Assembly (NCBI RefSeq): GCF_009914755.1
Contig: NC_060928.1
DNA: 64,000 nt
Reading direction: 5' to 3' (one strand)
DNA from: the human T2T-CHM13v2.0 reference genome, Homo sapiens
Shown here: in pieces, positions 30,636-44,603 of the stretch
Layout of the letters: every line of letters starts with the position of its first letter
Numbering within the stretch: the stretch's first letter is position 1
Translations under genes and position numbers: made by a program
Notes under the pieces: model-generated
What the model saw: only the letters and a program-made list of their open reading frames with translations
Database searches by the model: none
Told to the model about the DNA's origin: nothing

Positions 30636-31195
30636 TGTGGTCAGCTATAAAAAACCTCACTTCATACATTTATTTAGATTGGTGCAAAAGTAATTGCAGT
30701 TTTAACCATTACTTTCAATGGCAAAACCGCAATAACTTTGCACCAAGCAAATACTTCCTAATCCCTGACACCTATGAATATTACTTAACATGGCAAAGGA
30801 GTGAATATTAACTTTCATGGCATAAATTGTGATTGAAAATCTTGACAGGAGAAGCTTATTCTGCATTATTCAGGTGGGGCCTCAATGCAAGCTCATGTTT
30901 CCTTATGAGATACAGGGAGGGGGTTCAGAGAGACACACGGAAGAAAAGAAGGTAATGTGAAGACGGAGGCAGAGATTAGAGTGCTGTGGCCTCAAGCCAA
31001 GGAAGGCCCGCAACCACCAGAGTCAGGAACAAGCAAGGAGCAGAATTTCCCCTACCAATCTCCGGGAAGAGGTCACCCTTGCTGACGCCTTGACTTCAGG
31101 TGTCTGGCCTCTCCAACTATGAGAGAATACATTTCTGCTGTTTTAAGCCAACAGTTTGTGGCTATATGTTACGGCAGTCATAGTGAACTAATATA
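30636..31195 (+). mobile_element. MLT1 LTR interrupted by MADE1
   Basis: tgtggtcag...cctaatccctgacacctatgaatatt...acatggcaaagg...gcagtcatagtgaactaatata. Confidence 0.75.
30673..30751. mobile_element. MADE1 (Hsmar1-derived MITE)
   Basis: About 80-bp palindrome ttggtgcaaaagtaattgcagtttt...aaaaccgcaataactttgcaccaa with TA on both sides. Confidence 0.92.
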
Positions 31196-31588
31196 GTTGA
31201 CTAATTAATTATTACATCTTTTTGTTCTGTATGTAAAGATTGCTTGAAACAAATTCTGACATTGTCTAATGCACTTGTATGCTACAAGTCATTTATTAGA
31301 ACACAGTGGTTTGACACACAAGTTGCTAGAGTATGCAATATTTCTTTAGAGCTGGAAAATGGCAATTTTAAAAAGTAAGAAATGCCTGCTTCTTCCTAAG
31401 CACTGAAAACCAAACATTCCTGAGTAAAAATGAGTAGCTTTTCTAGTCTAGTGTATAGATATATTGAAGTTGATGTTTCCAGTTGCTTCTCTACCAGACT
31501 TCAGAACAGAGTATCCGCAATTTTGCAGGCTATATTGAAGCTACTTTAGAATGTTTAGGGTTGTGGTAAAGGAAAGTCATGTTTCATT

Positions 31589-34500
31589 ATTTTTTATTGC
31601 AGTAAATAACACAGAATATGGGATTTACTCTCTTAACATATTTTTAAGTGTACAATACAGCATTGTCAAGTATAAGCACAACGTGGTATAGCAGATCATT
31701 CAAACGTTTTCATCTTACAAGACTGAAACTCCACACTCATTGAACAGCCACTCCCCATATTCCCCAGGCCACAGCCCTGACAACCACCATTCTATCTTCT
31801 GCTTCTATAATTTTGACCATTTTAGATAGTTCATATAAATAAAATCGTGCAGCACTATCCTTCTGTGACTGGCTTATTTTACTTAGTGTAATGTCCTTGA
31901 ACTTCTTCCATCTAGTATCACAATGACAGGATTTCCTCCTTTTTTGTGGCCAAATAAGATTACACTGTATGTATATACTGTATTTTCTTTATGCATTCAT
32001 CTATCCATGTACATTTTGTCTGTTTCCACATCTTGAATACTGTGAATTATGCTGCAGTAAACTTGAGAGTATATGTATCTCTTCAAGATCCTGATATGAA
32101 CTCTTTTGTATTAATACCCGGAAATGGGATTGCTGGATCACATAGCATTGCTAATTTTAATTTTCCAAGGAACTGCCAAACTGTTTTCCATAGCGGCTGC
32201 ACAATTTTACATTCTTAGCATCAGTGCACACTAGGGTTCAAATTTATTCCCATACTCACCCACACTTGTTATTTTCTGTCTTATTTTGTTGTTTGTAATG
32301 GGCATCCTTATAAGTGTGAGGTGACAGCTCATTATGGTTTTGATTTGCACTTCCCAGATGGTTAGTGATTTGGAACATCTTTTCATATACCTGTTGGCCA
32401 ATTGTAAGTCTTCTTTGGAGAAATACCTATTCAAGTCCTCATTTGCCTATTTTTTGATTGGGTATTTTTGTTTTTGTTTTTTTGCTATTGAGTTGTAGGA
32501 GTTACTTATATTTTTTGGATATTAATTCCTTACCAGATAAACAGTTTGTAAATATTTTATCTCATTCTGTAGGCTGCCCTTTCACTCTGTTAACTGTTTA
32601 CTTTTCTGCACAGAAGCTTTTCAGCTCCATCTAGTCACACTTGTCTATTATTTTTGCTTTTGTGACCTATGACTTTTGTGTCATATCCAAGAAATCATCA
32701 CCAAGATCAAAGGTATGAACTTTTCTCCTATGTTTTCTTCTAGCAGTTTTATAATTTTAGGTCTTACATTTAAAGTTTAATTCATTTTGAGTTTATTTTT
32801 GTGTGTGGTGTAATATAAGCATTCAATTTCATCATATTGCATGTGGAGATCCGGTTTTTCCAGCATCCTTTATTGAAGAGACTACCTATTTGTCATTGTG
32901 TCTTCTTGGTGAAAATTCGGTGATAGTATATGCTTGAGTTTATTTCTGGGTTGTCTACTGTGCTATGGTGGTTTATGTGTCTGTCTTTATGTCAATACCA
33001 GACTCTAGGGTTCAACAGCACAGTAGAGTGACTATAGTTAAAAATAATTTAAGTATATTTCAAGATAGCTAGAAAAGAATATTTGAAACATCTCCAGAAC
33101 AAAGAAATGATAAAAATTTGAGGCAATGGGTATCCTAATTACCCTGATTAGATCATTACACATTGTAAGCCTATATCAAAATACCACATGCGCCCCACAA
33201 ATACGTGTAATTATGTACCAATAAATACATACATACATATATACATACATATCAAACTGTTGGTTTTTGTTGTTTTCTGTTTTTTGTTTGTTGGTTTGTT
33301 TTTTAGAGACAGGGTGTCACTCTGTCACCTAGGCTGAAGTGTAGCGGTGCAATCATAGCTCACCACAGCCTCAAACCTCTGGGCTCAAGAGATCCTCCAG
33401 TCTCAGCCTCCTGAGCAGCTTGGACTACAGGCAGGCACCACCATGCCTGGCTAATTATTCTACTTTTTTTGTAGAGATAGGGATTACGAACGCACTGGGA
33501 TTACAGTCATGAGCCACAATGCCTGGCCAAGATTGTTTTGATTACTGTCAATTTATAATGTTTTGCAGTGAAGAAGTGTGAAGTTTCACTTTTATTCTTC
33601 TTTCTCAAGATTGTTTTGACTATTTGGAGCCCTTTGTGATTCCATAAGAATTTTAGGATTTACTCTATTTCTGCAAAATATACCATTGTGATTTTGATAA
33701 ATATAGCTTTAATCCACAAATTGCCTTGGTTCATAAGAACATTTTAACAATATTAAGTTTTTCAGTGCATTATATGGGAAGTCTTTCCATCTATTTGTGT
33801 CTTCTTTAATTTCTTTCAAGAATGTTTTACAATTTCCAGTGTACAAGCCTTTTCCCTCCTTGGTTAAGTTTATTTATAGCGTTTTTTTTTTCTTTTTGAA
33901 GCTATTGTAAATGGAGTTGTAGAAATATAAGTTCAACCCTCTTAAATTTTTTAAGCCTTGTTTTATGAGCTGATGTGATATTTCCTGGTGAATGTTCCAG
34001 CTGCACTTGGAAAGAATATGTACTCTACTCCACTGGGTGGCATGTTCTGTACATGCTGTTATGCCATTGTTCTATGGTGTAATTCAAGTCTCTGTTACCT
34101 GTCTGGATATTCTATCCATTCTTGAAAGTGAGGTATTGAAATCTCCTACTATGATTGTGTCGCTGTTAATTTCTCCCTTCGGGTCTGTCAGTGTTTGCAG
34201 AACAATGTTTGTGAGCCTTCTCCCAATTTCACTGAGATGTTCTCAGAAGCCACCAGGTATCTACACTAGGCTAGTTCTGTCACTGCTTAGAATGAGGTGA
34301 GACAGAAACCAGTCCCTCAACCAACCCTCCAAAAAGCCAGAGCACTGGGTGTGTGTTCTACCCTTCTGGTCTCTTTTTCTCCCAGTGCTGAGGTGAGCTA
34401 GCTTGGAAGAGGGGCTGATGTGGGATAAATAAGATTGCTCTTGTCCCCTGTTTCAACATGGCTATTACGGGCTTTGTGCTCACCTGGAGTACTGCAAACT

Positions 34501-34617
34501 CTTAAGGGGATTCTGGAAATCTCATAAAGGTATTGGTCTGTAAATTACTGTTGAATTGATGTTTTATGGGGGACAAGGGCTGGGACATACCAGTCCACCA
34601 ACTTGCTGACATCACTT
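31589..34617 (-). mobile_element. Internally deleted L1M (MA/MB-type) with 3' end, ORF2 pieces and a 5'UTR-like end; hosts an L1MA 3' end (+, about 33005-33230) and an AluJ
   Basis: ORF 32231-32434 (MNRYFSKEDLQLANRYMKRCSKSL...) is the L1 ORF2p C-terminal region; ends with 'cttgctgacatcact'. Confidence 0.8.
33258..33528 (-). mobile_element. AluJ with deleted left arm
   Basis: agagacagggtgtcactctgtcacctaggctg...gggattacagtcatgagccac. Confidence 0.88.
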
Positions 34618-34812
34618 ATCTCAAATTCATATTTCGTTCAATTGAAACATATGAGACTGCAAGGTGTGGCATCTATGCTAGAAGTATAATTGTAAATTAT
34701 TGGTGGCAATTATAGCAAATATAAACCTTTTGATTTTATCTTTTCAAACTTTAACTCAAACACTCTGTAAAAATACCTGGCAGGAAATGCTGCAATAAAT
34801 TAGCCTAAGTTA

Positions 34813-35293
34813 TGTGTTAATTTTCTATGACTGTTTTATCAAATTACCACAAACTTGGTGGCTTTTTAAAAAAGACACATTCTTATGTTCTGGAGGTCAG
34901 ACGTTTGAAATCAGTTTCGCTGGGCTGACATCAAGGTATTGGCAGAGCCCTACTCCCTCTAAAGACTTGGAGAAACTTCCCTTGCACTTTCCGACTTTCA
35001 GAGTACTCCATTCTGGGCTTTCCTTGGCTAGTGGCCCCTTCTCCTTCTTCAAAGCCAGCAGGTAGCATCTTGTTTTAGAAGTAACACTGCCTTCTTCTCT
35101 GGTCAAGTGGCTCTCTGTTCCCCTCTCATAAGGACACTTGTGTTGGGATTTGGGGCCTATCCAGATAATCCAGGAGGATCTGCTCACCTCAGGATTCTGA
35201 ATGTAATCACAACTTCAAAGTCTGTTTTGCCATAAAAGGTAACATATGATGTTACAAGGATTATAGTATTGGGGGCCATTATCAGCCTGTCAC
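34813..35293 (-). mobile_element. MLT1 LTR
   Basis: aaattaccacaaacttggtggc...ttctggaggtcaga...cagataatccaggaggatct. Confidence 0.8.
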
Positions 35294-36107
35294 AAGCTAT
35301 AGACTTCATTGAAGTTGAATGCTAATTCCTTGACCTTCAAATATTCTTAGGTAAAGTTTTTCTTCAAACAATGTGGTGATGGACATGTGCTAATGTTACA
35401 TTCCAAAATCCATTTCAAAATTTTAAATCATCAAACATTTAAATTATAATAAACCTGAGGTATCTTACTGACTTAATTCTCTTCTTTGTCACAAAAGTGT
35501 CCTTTTATCAACATGCAATATATAAAGTTAATAGAATACATAACTTCAAATATTAAATTAGGAAAATTAAACTCTTACTTATCTACGTGAGGATGAATTT
35601 TTGTCAGTGATATATCACAAGATGCATAAATAACCCTCTGACGAAGAAGTCACTGATTATGAAGTCACAGAAGGATCAAATAGAGAAATAAATAGCGAAG
35701 AAGTTTTACATTCACTACTTTTGCCTTCCAAAACAACCATCCATATTATCCTACTTCTTAAGGGATTAATTCACATACTTTACCTCCTTCCTAAATGTAG
35801 ACTTTCAGACTCTGTTACACAACTGTTTTACTAATTGTAAAAGCAATATATAAGCATTGTAAATTTTTTTAAAAAGCATATAAGAAAAATGCAGATTATT
35901 CACTGTTTATACTACCAGTTTTTAATTTATTTTAATTAATTCCACAAAGCTATGCTTACTATATACCATTTTGAAAACTTCCTTTTAAATCAATATATTA
36001 TGAATATTTTAAACTATTATATACCTTTTTAAACAATGTTTAGGATATGATACATTCTGTCACTTGAAGATATCATGATCGATTTTACCAATTGTCTACT
36101 TTTGTTC

Positions 36108-36610
36108 AGTGGTAGGAAGACTGAAGGGCCCCAGTGATGCTCACATCATTATCTCCATAAGTTGTAAATATGTCATCTCATATGCCAAAAAGGATTTGGA
36201 GATGTGATTAAATTAATGATATTGAGGTGAGGAGATTACCCTGGATTATCTGGGTAGCCCCATTGTAATCACAAGAATCCTTAAAAGTAAAAGAGAGAGG
36301 CGAGAGAGACAGGGTCAAGTTCGGAGTGAGATTTGAAGATGCCACACTGCTGGCTTTGAAGATGGACAGGGACCATGAGCCAAGGGATGCAGGTGGCCTC
36401 TGGAAGCCAGGACAAGCAAGAGTACGGCTTCTCCCTGAGAGCCTCCAGATGGAGCACAATTCTGCCAACACCTTGATTTTAGCTCATTTCAGTTAGCCCA
36501 GTAAGACCCATTTCATACTTGTGACCTCCAGGACTCTAAGATAATACATTTTGTTTTAAGTAACCCTATTTGTGGTAATTTTTTTTTGCAGCAGCAACGG
36601 TAAGCTAGAA
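36108..36610 (+). mobile_element. MLT1D-like LTR
   Basis: gagattaccctggattatctgggt...ctgctggctttgaagatgga...gccaagggatgcaggtggcctctggaagc. Confidence 0.85.
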
Positions 36611-38214
36611 CTTGTTATTAAAAACAGCATGGCAATAATGATAATATTATGTAATATTTGTTCTCAGTCTAGATTTCTTCCCTGGGATAAATTCCTAGAA
36701 AAAAATTAATGTACATATGGTCAAAATGGTGTCCAGAAAGTTTGTGCCAAAATGAAGACGCATTAATAAAAAGCAAAGGTCTTACTCTCTCTTTGTTCCC
36801 TAATGCTAGGTATTATAATTTATTTTTTTCTGATAAATTGATAGGTTATAAATAATGGTATCATTTAAAATTACTTTTCTGAGTTTACTAGTGAGGATGA
36901 ACATATGCTTACAAGCTATTAAGCTTTTGTAGTTTTTAGTATACCTGTTTTTATATTTTCCCTGTTTTTAGTGACACATTTTGCTGTAGATGTAGCAATT
37001 TTTCTTTTATAAAATTAGGAGCTCTTTTCATGTAAGCTGCAAATATTTTTCTCAGTTTTTTAAAATACATTGTAATGTTTTTATAACACTTCAATGAATA
37101 CAATTTTAATTTATAGTATGTCAAATACATAAATATTTTCTTTTGTGATTTACTATATTGCTTGTATCCTTCTTACCCCATGATAAAGAAAACCCTAATT
37201 TATGTATTTGCCTAGCTTTTACAAATTAGCCTATCTTTAAATTCTAATTTTTAATGCACCTGAAAAATTTTGGTAAAATATAAAGTAGGAACATAGTTTC
37301 ATGTGTATTTATGAGTACTTACATGGACTTGGGTCTCTTTTTACCTTTATATTCTACTCCATTTTATATATTTTTCTATGTCTGTGCAAAATACCATATA
37401 GTATAATATTAATTACCGCAGCTTCTCAATTCCCTGTATTTGTTTAGCTTGATGAAACCTATAACTCTGTTAAAGTACTAGCTCTACCATTCTTTATTTG
37501 TATCTGATTAGCTGATGTGGATGGCACTTTGCTCACATACCTTTCATATTTCAGTGCTCGAAGACAAGGAATTTGTCTTGCTCTGCTATGCATTTCTAAA
37601 GATGAGCACAGTGAGTGGCATGTAGTATCACCTAAGTTTTTTTCTGAATGAGTACATTCATTAAAAGATTAATCAGACATAAGATTAGCCTAAATATATA
37701 TACATACACATATGCATACATATATACATATATATATATAATATACATATATAAAGTATATATATATTTGGAAACAGGAGTATTATAGAAGTATAATAAA
37801 TACAAATATTTTAAAATATATTTTCATACTTGAAATTCATGATTGCTCAATTTGTGAAATATGAACTATTACTAAGATAGCTATTCTTGAGTTAACAAGA
37901 CTAAGTGAATTACAGACTGTAAGCATTTCAGAGCTACAAGTTCATTACCATCCTTGCCTAAACACTTTAATTGATAAGCAAATCACCTCATTTCAAGGTA
38001 GTCTATGTATTCTTTTTTGAAAAGATTTTTGGAAAGTTCTTTATATGATGCCAAGAAAGTATTTCTCTATAAATTGAAATACTTAGGCTTAAGTCTCTTT
38101 CTCTCTGAGCCATAAAGAACAAAGCAAGTTTTCTCCTATCTGATAACTGTTCAAATATTATTTGAATGAAACTATCGTGTTCTTATTTATAGATATGTTT
38201 CCCTAAAGTTGCTA

Positions 38215-40444
38215 TGATATGGTTTATATCTGTGTCCCCACCCAAATCTAATGTTTAATTGTAATCCCGAATGTCAGAGGTGGAGCCTGGTGGGAGGTGG
38301 TTGGATCATAGGGGCAGTTTCTCATGAATGGTTTAGCACTATCCCCTCAGTGCTATTCTTGTGAAAGTGAGTGAGTGAGTTACGGTGAGATGTGGTTGTT
38401 GAAAGTGTGCAGCACCTCCCCCTACTCTCTCTTGCTCCTGCTCTGGCCATGTAAGATATGCCTGTTTCCCTTTTGCCTTCCACCATAATTGTGAGTTTCC
38501 TGAGGCCTCCCTAGAAGCCAAGCAGATGCCAGCATCATGCTTTATGTACAGCCTGCAGAACTGTGAGTCAATTAACCTCTTCTTTCTAAATTACCCAGTT
38601 TCAACTATTTCTTTATAGCAGTGTGAGAATGGACTAATACAGAAAACTGGTACCAAAGAGTGGGGCATTGCTATAAAGATACCTGAAAATGTGGAAACCT
38701 CTTTGGAACTGGGTAGTAGGCAGAGCCTGTAACAGTTTGGAGGGCTCAGAAGAAGGCAGGAAGATGAGGGAAAGTCTGGAACTTTCTAGACACCTGTTAA
38801 ATTGTTGTGACCAAAATGCTGATAGTGATTATGTACAGTGAAGTCTAGGCTGAGGAGTTCTTAGATGGAAATAAGGAACTTACTGGGAACTGGAGCAAAG
38901 GTCACTTTTGTTATGCATTAGCAAAGAGGTTGGCCACATTATGTCCCTGCTCTAGAGATCTAGATGATTTAAGGTATCTAGTGGAAGAAATTTCTAAGCA
39001 TCAAAGCATTCAAGATGTGACCTGGCTGTTTCTAACAAGCTTGTGTTCATATTCACAACCAAAGAAAGGACATAAAAATGGAACTTATATTTAAAGGGGA
39101 AGCAGAGCATACAAGTGAAACATTCTCAGCCTAGCCATGTGGTAGAAAAGAAAAGCCCATTTTCAGTGGTGGAATTCAAGCAGGCTGCAGAAATTTACAT
39201 AAGTAAAAAGAAGCCAAGTGCTAATATCCAAGACAATGGGGAATAGGCCTCAAAGGCATTTCAGAGACCTTTGTGGCAGCCCCTCCCATCACAGGCCCAG
39301 AGGTGTAGGAGGAAAGAATGGTTTCAAGGGCCTGGCCTGAGGTCCATGCTACTCTGCACAGCCTCAGGACACTGCTTCCTGCATCCCAGCTACTCCCACT
39401 CCAGCCATGGCTAAAAGACCCCCAAGTATACAACTCGGGCCACTGCTTCAGAGGGTGCAAACCATAAGCCTTGGCAGCTTTCCTTGTAGTGTTAAGCCTG
39501 CAGGGGAGCAGAGGGCAAGAGTTGAGGTTTGGAAGCCTCTGCCTAGATTTCAGAAGATATGCAGAAAAGCCTAGATGTCCAGGCATAAGCCTGCTTCAGA
39601 GTTGGAGCTCTCACAGAGAACCTCTACTAGAGCACTATGGAGGGGAAATGTGAGGTTGGAGCTCCCACACAGAGTCCCCATTGGGGTACTAGCTAGTAGA
39701 GCTGTGAAAGAGGGCTACCATCCTCTAGACCCCAGAATGGTAGATCCACCACCAGCTTGTCTTTTGTGCCTGGAAAAGCCATAGGCATTCAACAGCAGCC
39801 CATGAGAACAGCCACAAGGACTGAACCCTGAAAAGTCACAGGGGTAAAGCTTCCCAAAGCCTGGGGGGGCCCAACCTTTGCAGTGTGCCCAAGATGTGAG
39901 ACACGAAGTCAAAGGAAATTATTATGGAGCTTTAATATTTAATGACTACCCTGCTAGATTTTGGACTTGCATGGGGGCTTATAGCCCCTTTCTTTCAGCT
40001 TTTCTCCCTTTTGAAATTGGAGTATTTACCCAATGCCTGTAACTCAATTGTATCTTGGGAGTAACTGACTTGTTTTTTATTTTATAGGCTCATAGGTGAA
40101 AGGAACTGGCCTCATCTCAGATGAGACTTTGGACTTTGGATTTTTGAATTAATACTGGAATGAATTAAGAATTTGGGGGAACTTAGGGGAAACATAATTG
40201 TATTTGGCAACTTGAGAAGGACATGAGATTTGGGAGAGGCCTAGGGCAGAATGATATGATTTGGATCTGGTCCCCACTCAAATCTCATGTTCAATTATAA
40301 TCCCCATTGTGGGGACTGGTGGGAAGTGATTGGATCATAGGGGTGGTTTCTCATGAATGGTTTAGCACCATCTCCTCAGTGCTGCTCTGGAGATAGTGAG
40401 TGAGTGAGTTGTTGTGAGATAATTCACAATAACTGGTTGTTTAG
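38215..40444 (+). mobile_element. MST (MSTA-like) MaLR provirus: 5' LTR 38215-38641, internal to 40251, 3' LTR truncated after about 190 bp
   Basis: tgatatggttt.tatctgtgtccccacccaaatc...ggactaataca; second LTR begins at 40252 and stops near ggttgtttag. Confidence 0.92.
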
Positions 40445-40559
40445 GGTATGTTCAGGGACAAACAGACTTAAGGCAGCATGAAAGTAGGTATTAAAACTGT
40501 GAGTCAGTTTCAGAGTAGATGTCATTATTATCATAACCACTATCACCCCCACTATCACA

Positions 40560-40830
40560 TCATAATAATAAACACTTGTATAGTGCTTACTCTGTGCCAG
40601 CCATGTTATTATTGTTTTGAAATATCAACTAATTATCAACTAATTTTATTGTCATACAACTCTAGAATGTAAGCAGCATTAATACATCCCTTTTACTGAT
40701 TAGTTACTAAGGCAAAGAGTTAAGTAACTTTTCCAAGGTAAGAAAGCTGGAAAGAAGCAGAGACAATATGGAACAAGCTTGGGGGAGTTTGACTCCAAAA
40801 TCTTATTCACCACACTATCTTGTCTACCTA
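40560..40830 (-). mobile_element. MIR
   Basis: tagtgcttactctgtgccag...ttaagtaacttttccaagg...tttgactccaaa. Confidence 0.65.
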
Positions 40831-43800
40831 AATTCCTCATGGTTCAAGTATTTGGTTTTGTTCTTGTTGTTATTTCATATTGGTGTTTTGAGGTTTTTAA
40901 AAACACCCATTTGAGGAGTACTAACCTGGCTGAAATATTGCCTAATGAAATGCACACTATTTATTATTTCAAAAGTTAGGAATTCAGTATGGTTTTCTAA
41001 CATGAGTTCTAGTTATGACTTACATTATGTTTGACTCCCCAAGAGTAATCAATAATCATATATCAATACAAATTTGGCAGATCTTCAACCATTGTTGTGA
41101 GTAGAATTCTTCAGCAATTTGGTTTAATTGTCAACAACCTAGTTCAGTACAGGCAGTTTACACAGTACTGTGATTCATGTTAGCCTATGAAACTTTGTTT
41201 TTTCTTGCTATTAATTCACAGTTTTCCCTTCTTACACTCATCCATTAAGCTGCTAACAACTGTTTCCTACTTCATTAACTTCCAAGGAGTAAACGTAAAC
41301 TACAAGCAAACTTAGAGATATAAACCCACCCGAAGTTAGTTGAGAACAAAATCTATATATCTATTTTGTCTGAGCTTACTGATTTATTTTGTTTTAGGTA
41401 AATAGGAACTATTTTATATGTGCATGCAATATTAAAGAATTCACTAGGTAGTGAACTCAGTTTTTGATGTGTTAACTTGAAATTACAGTCATTAAAAAAT
41501 TAATAAAATTTTGAAAATAAAATATTCACTCTAGAAGACCACCCAAATACAGTCTTTATCTTATAAGCTACAGGAGGGCATGCTTATGAGTAAGACTGTT
41601 CCTTGCCCAGTCCTTAGGAGAGCTATTCAAAAAGCCAAGTCACTTAGCAAAATTAGTGGTTTGGATTTCTGTATGATATCTAATTTTCTAACAGTCTCCA
41701 TATTTTATTGTCCCAAATGAATCTGCTTCACAGAAGCAAAATACCTACGCTACTTCTTAATTAGTTTGTCAAATGACTTATGAAGCACAGTAATAACACC
41801 TTTCCAAATGTCTCTCAGAAGAGAAAGTCTGAATCGCAATTTTTCTGATGAAAAAACTGTCCTCCTCATCACATAGCAGAAAGCGGCAGAGCTGTTTTGA
41901 GTGCTGAGTGGGCCTAAATGGCAATGCTAAACCAACAGAAGTTGTGATTAGAGTGTAGAAATAACTCCTAATGGATAAGAAGTTGCACACTTCTTATCAA
42001 AACAGTTTGGAACTAACAAATGACCTGGCTTTGAGAAACTAAACTGAAAATTAAGGGATTAAAAGCTTCTGGGGAAGAAAATAGACAAGAGACAGAGAAG
42101 TACTAAAAGTTATACAAATGACTATAAATGAGTTATATAAATCAGTAACAAAATCTTTGAGAAATTCTTTGAGAAATACATTCTTCTCTCTCTCTGGAGG
42201 TTGCCACACCTCAAATGTAATGGGACAAAACAGTATAATGGGTGATATCAGCTAAGAGTTTAGGAGCTCGACTTCAGGCCAGCTCCCACTGGCAGGGGCT
42301 GATAGTATTTAGAATTATATGTCTAAAATACAGATTACATAAGAATGAGGATTATTTGCAAGCTCATTTATGGTCAGTATGGTTTGCATTCTGGACAAGT
42401 GATTAGTGAAACCGAATAGTCACACGTCATTGCGTTTGCTGTTGCCTTTCATGTCTCCCTCTGGACTTGGAAATATTGATCATGTTGAGATAAGTGTATG
42501 TATTTAAGAGAAGGGAGATAGTGGAGAGAGGAAAAGAGAGGGAGAGAGAAATTTTGTGGTCCCTGAGATAAAGAAGTAGGTAACTCCTCAAATCCTGAGC
42601 ACCACAGATGGAAGATTCAGGGCTTGGGCAACTGGAACTGGTTTTATCTTTTAGTTCACACATCCAGTAAACAAGCTTCTTTTCCAAGTATATAATGTAG
42701 GAGTGATGAATTTGGTTGAACTAAGTATGAGAACTATGGAGAAAAGAAATAGACTCTGTAAATTACTAAAATTAGGTAAGTCTTTTCTCCACAATTATGC
42801 TCTTATACATTCTTTTCCAAACCTACCTTAGTTGATTTCCAAGGAGATGTATGGCCTGCAAACGAATCATTCAGCCTCCTCTGCCTTCTGTTTGCTTATT
42901 TTACATCTTCTGTTTCCTCAGCACTTTTTCCATTCCTCTGATACCCCGTAAGGCAGCCCTGCATAGAGTAATATCTACCTCCTCGAAACCTTTATGTAAT
43001 CTTTAAATTTATCACTTGGCACTAATCGTATTAAGAGGTTTACAGTACATATTTTCCCTCTGTGTTTTCATGAACTATTTGTTGGTAGGGAGAGAGTCTC
43101 AAATACTTTGTTAGCTCTGCAGGGCCTGTATAAGGAATTTTAGTAATGTGAAATATGAAAACAGAGATAATTTTGACATTTACTTTTATTCCAATCAAAA
43201 TGGTATTCTTCCCATTCCAAACATGCATTATTGGTTTCACATTTAATACATAATATAACAGAGCAAAGGTAAAACTACCAAATTAAGCATATAATCTCCA
43301 ATCTTTCTTCTAAACTCCCCTCACCCCTACATACACTGCCTTTAGAGCTTTAGTAGATCTCTACAATATATGAAAGTTTGTTGTTTAAATATCAAATATC
43401 TTAACAAATAATTGCTGATAGATGTACATAAGCATCTATTGCCATTCATTAGGCTTATGATTTCTTACAAACTTGTAATTCTATAAGTAAATTTAGCAAT
43501 TTGGATGTAGTTTACATAGAGAGAATCTGTAGATGTTAAGGACATCTGTGATGGTTTAAAATAATGCACAGTGAGAACATATTTTGTCCAGGGTAGGCTG
43601 AGATAAATCTAGAAAATGTCAGTTTTATCACATTAAAATATATCCATGCAATCATTTTCTTAAGACTCTCTAAAAGCTAACCTGCAATAATCTAGAGCAT
43701 TTTAATTATATTCCAAATGATGAATATGACTTATAATCTTTAAAGGGTTGATTCATGCTATTTGAATCTAAGGCATTGATAGCTATTGAATTTTGGTTTT

Positions 43801-44331
43801 ATACATAGGTTTGTATTTAGTTTGATGAAAACTGATAAACTGTCTACTAATGCTTAAAGGATTCAATTTAATGGATAACGTCAATTTTTCAGAACTAATT
43901 AGTAAAATAAATTTACATTGGGAAATATAATATGCAACTTTCAATTTGCTATTAATTCTTCATTCCCATTTGTCATGACCTTGGCGAAGCTCTCACTTGA
44001 TACTACAGAGTTATGGACTATATTTTTATAATAATTTCACTTCTTAATTTAGTAGCTAATCAGTTCCATTCTTCTAATCCCCATGTATGTGTGGGGGGTG
44101 GAGGGGACTGGGTTTTCTCAATCTCATTTTCCTCATTTTATTTCTTATTTTCTTATCAGTCTTTCTCTAGGTTTTAAGTATCAACAGGTTTTAAATAAAC
44201 AAATATTTCAGCTTTGCTTTTACTAAAAATTTTGCTATGTACTCTGTCCAGGGGTATATGTTGTCCACCCACCCCCCAAAACAGAGCATTCTTGCTCTGT
44301 TACCTGATAGAAATGTATAACTCTATTCTCA

Positions 44332-44603
44332 TTTTTTTAAATTTTTATTTTTTGAGAGAGAGTTTCACTCTGTTGCGAAGGCTGGAGCTGCCTTCTGGGC
44401 TCAAGCGATTCTCATACCTCAGTCTCCCTAGTAGCTGGGATTACAGGCTTGTGCCACCATGCCCAGATAATTTTTGCATTTTTAGTAGAGACGGGATTTC
44501 ACCATGTTGCTTAGGCTGGTCTCGAACTCCTGGCCTCAAGTGATCTGCCTACCTCAGCCTCCCAAAGTGCTGGGATTACAGGCATGAGCCACCACACCCG
44601 GCC
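44332..44603 (-). mobile_element. Alu with small deletion
   Basis: TSD aactctattctc on both sides. Confidence 0.92.
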
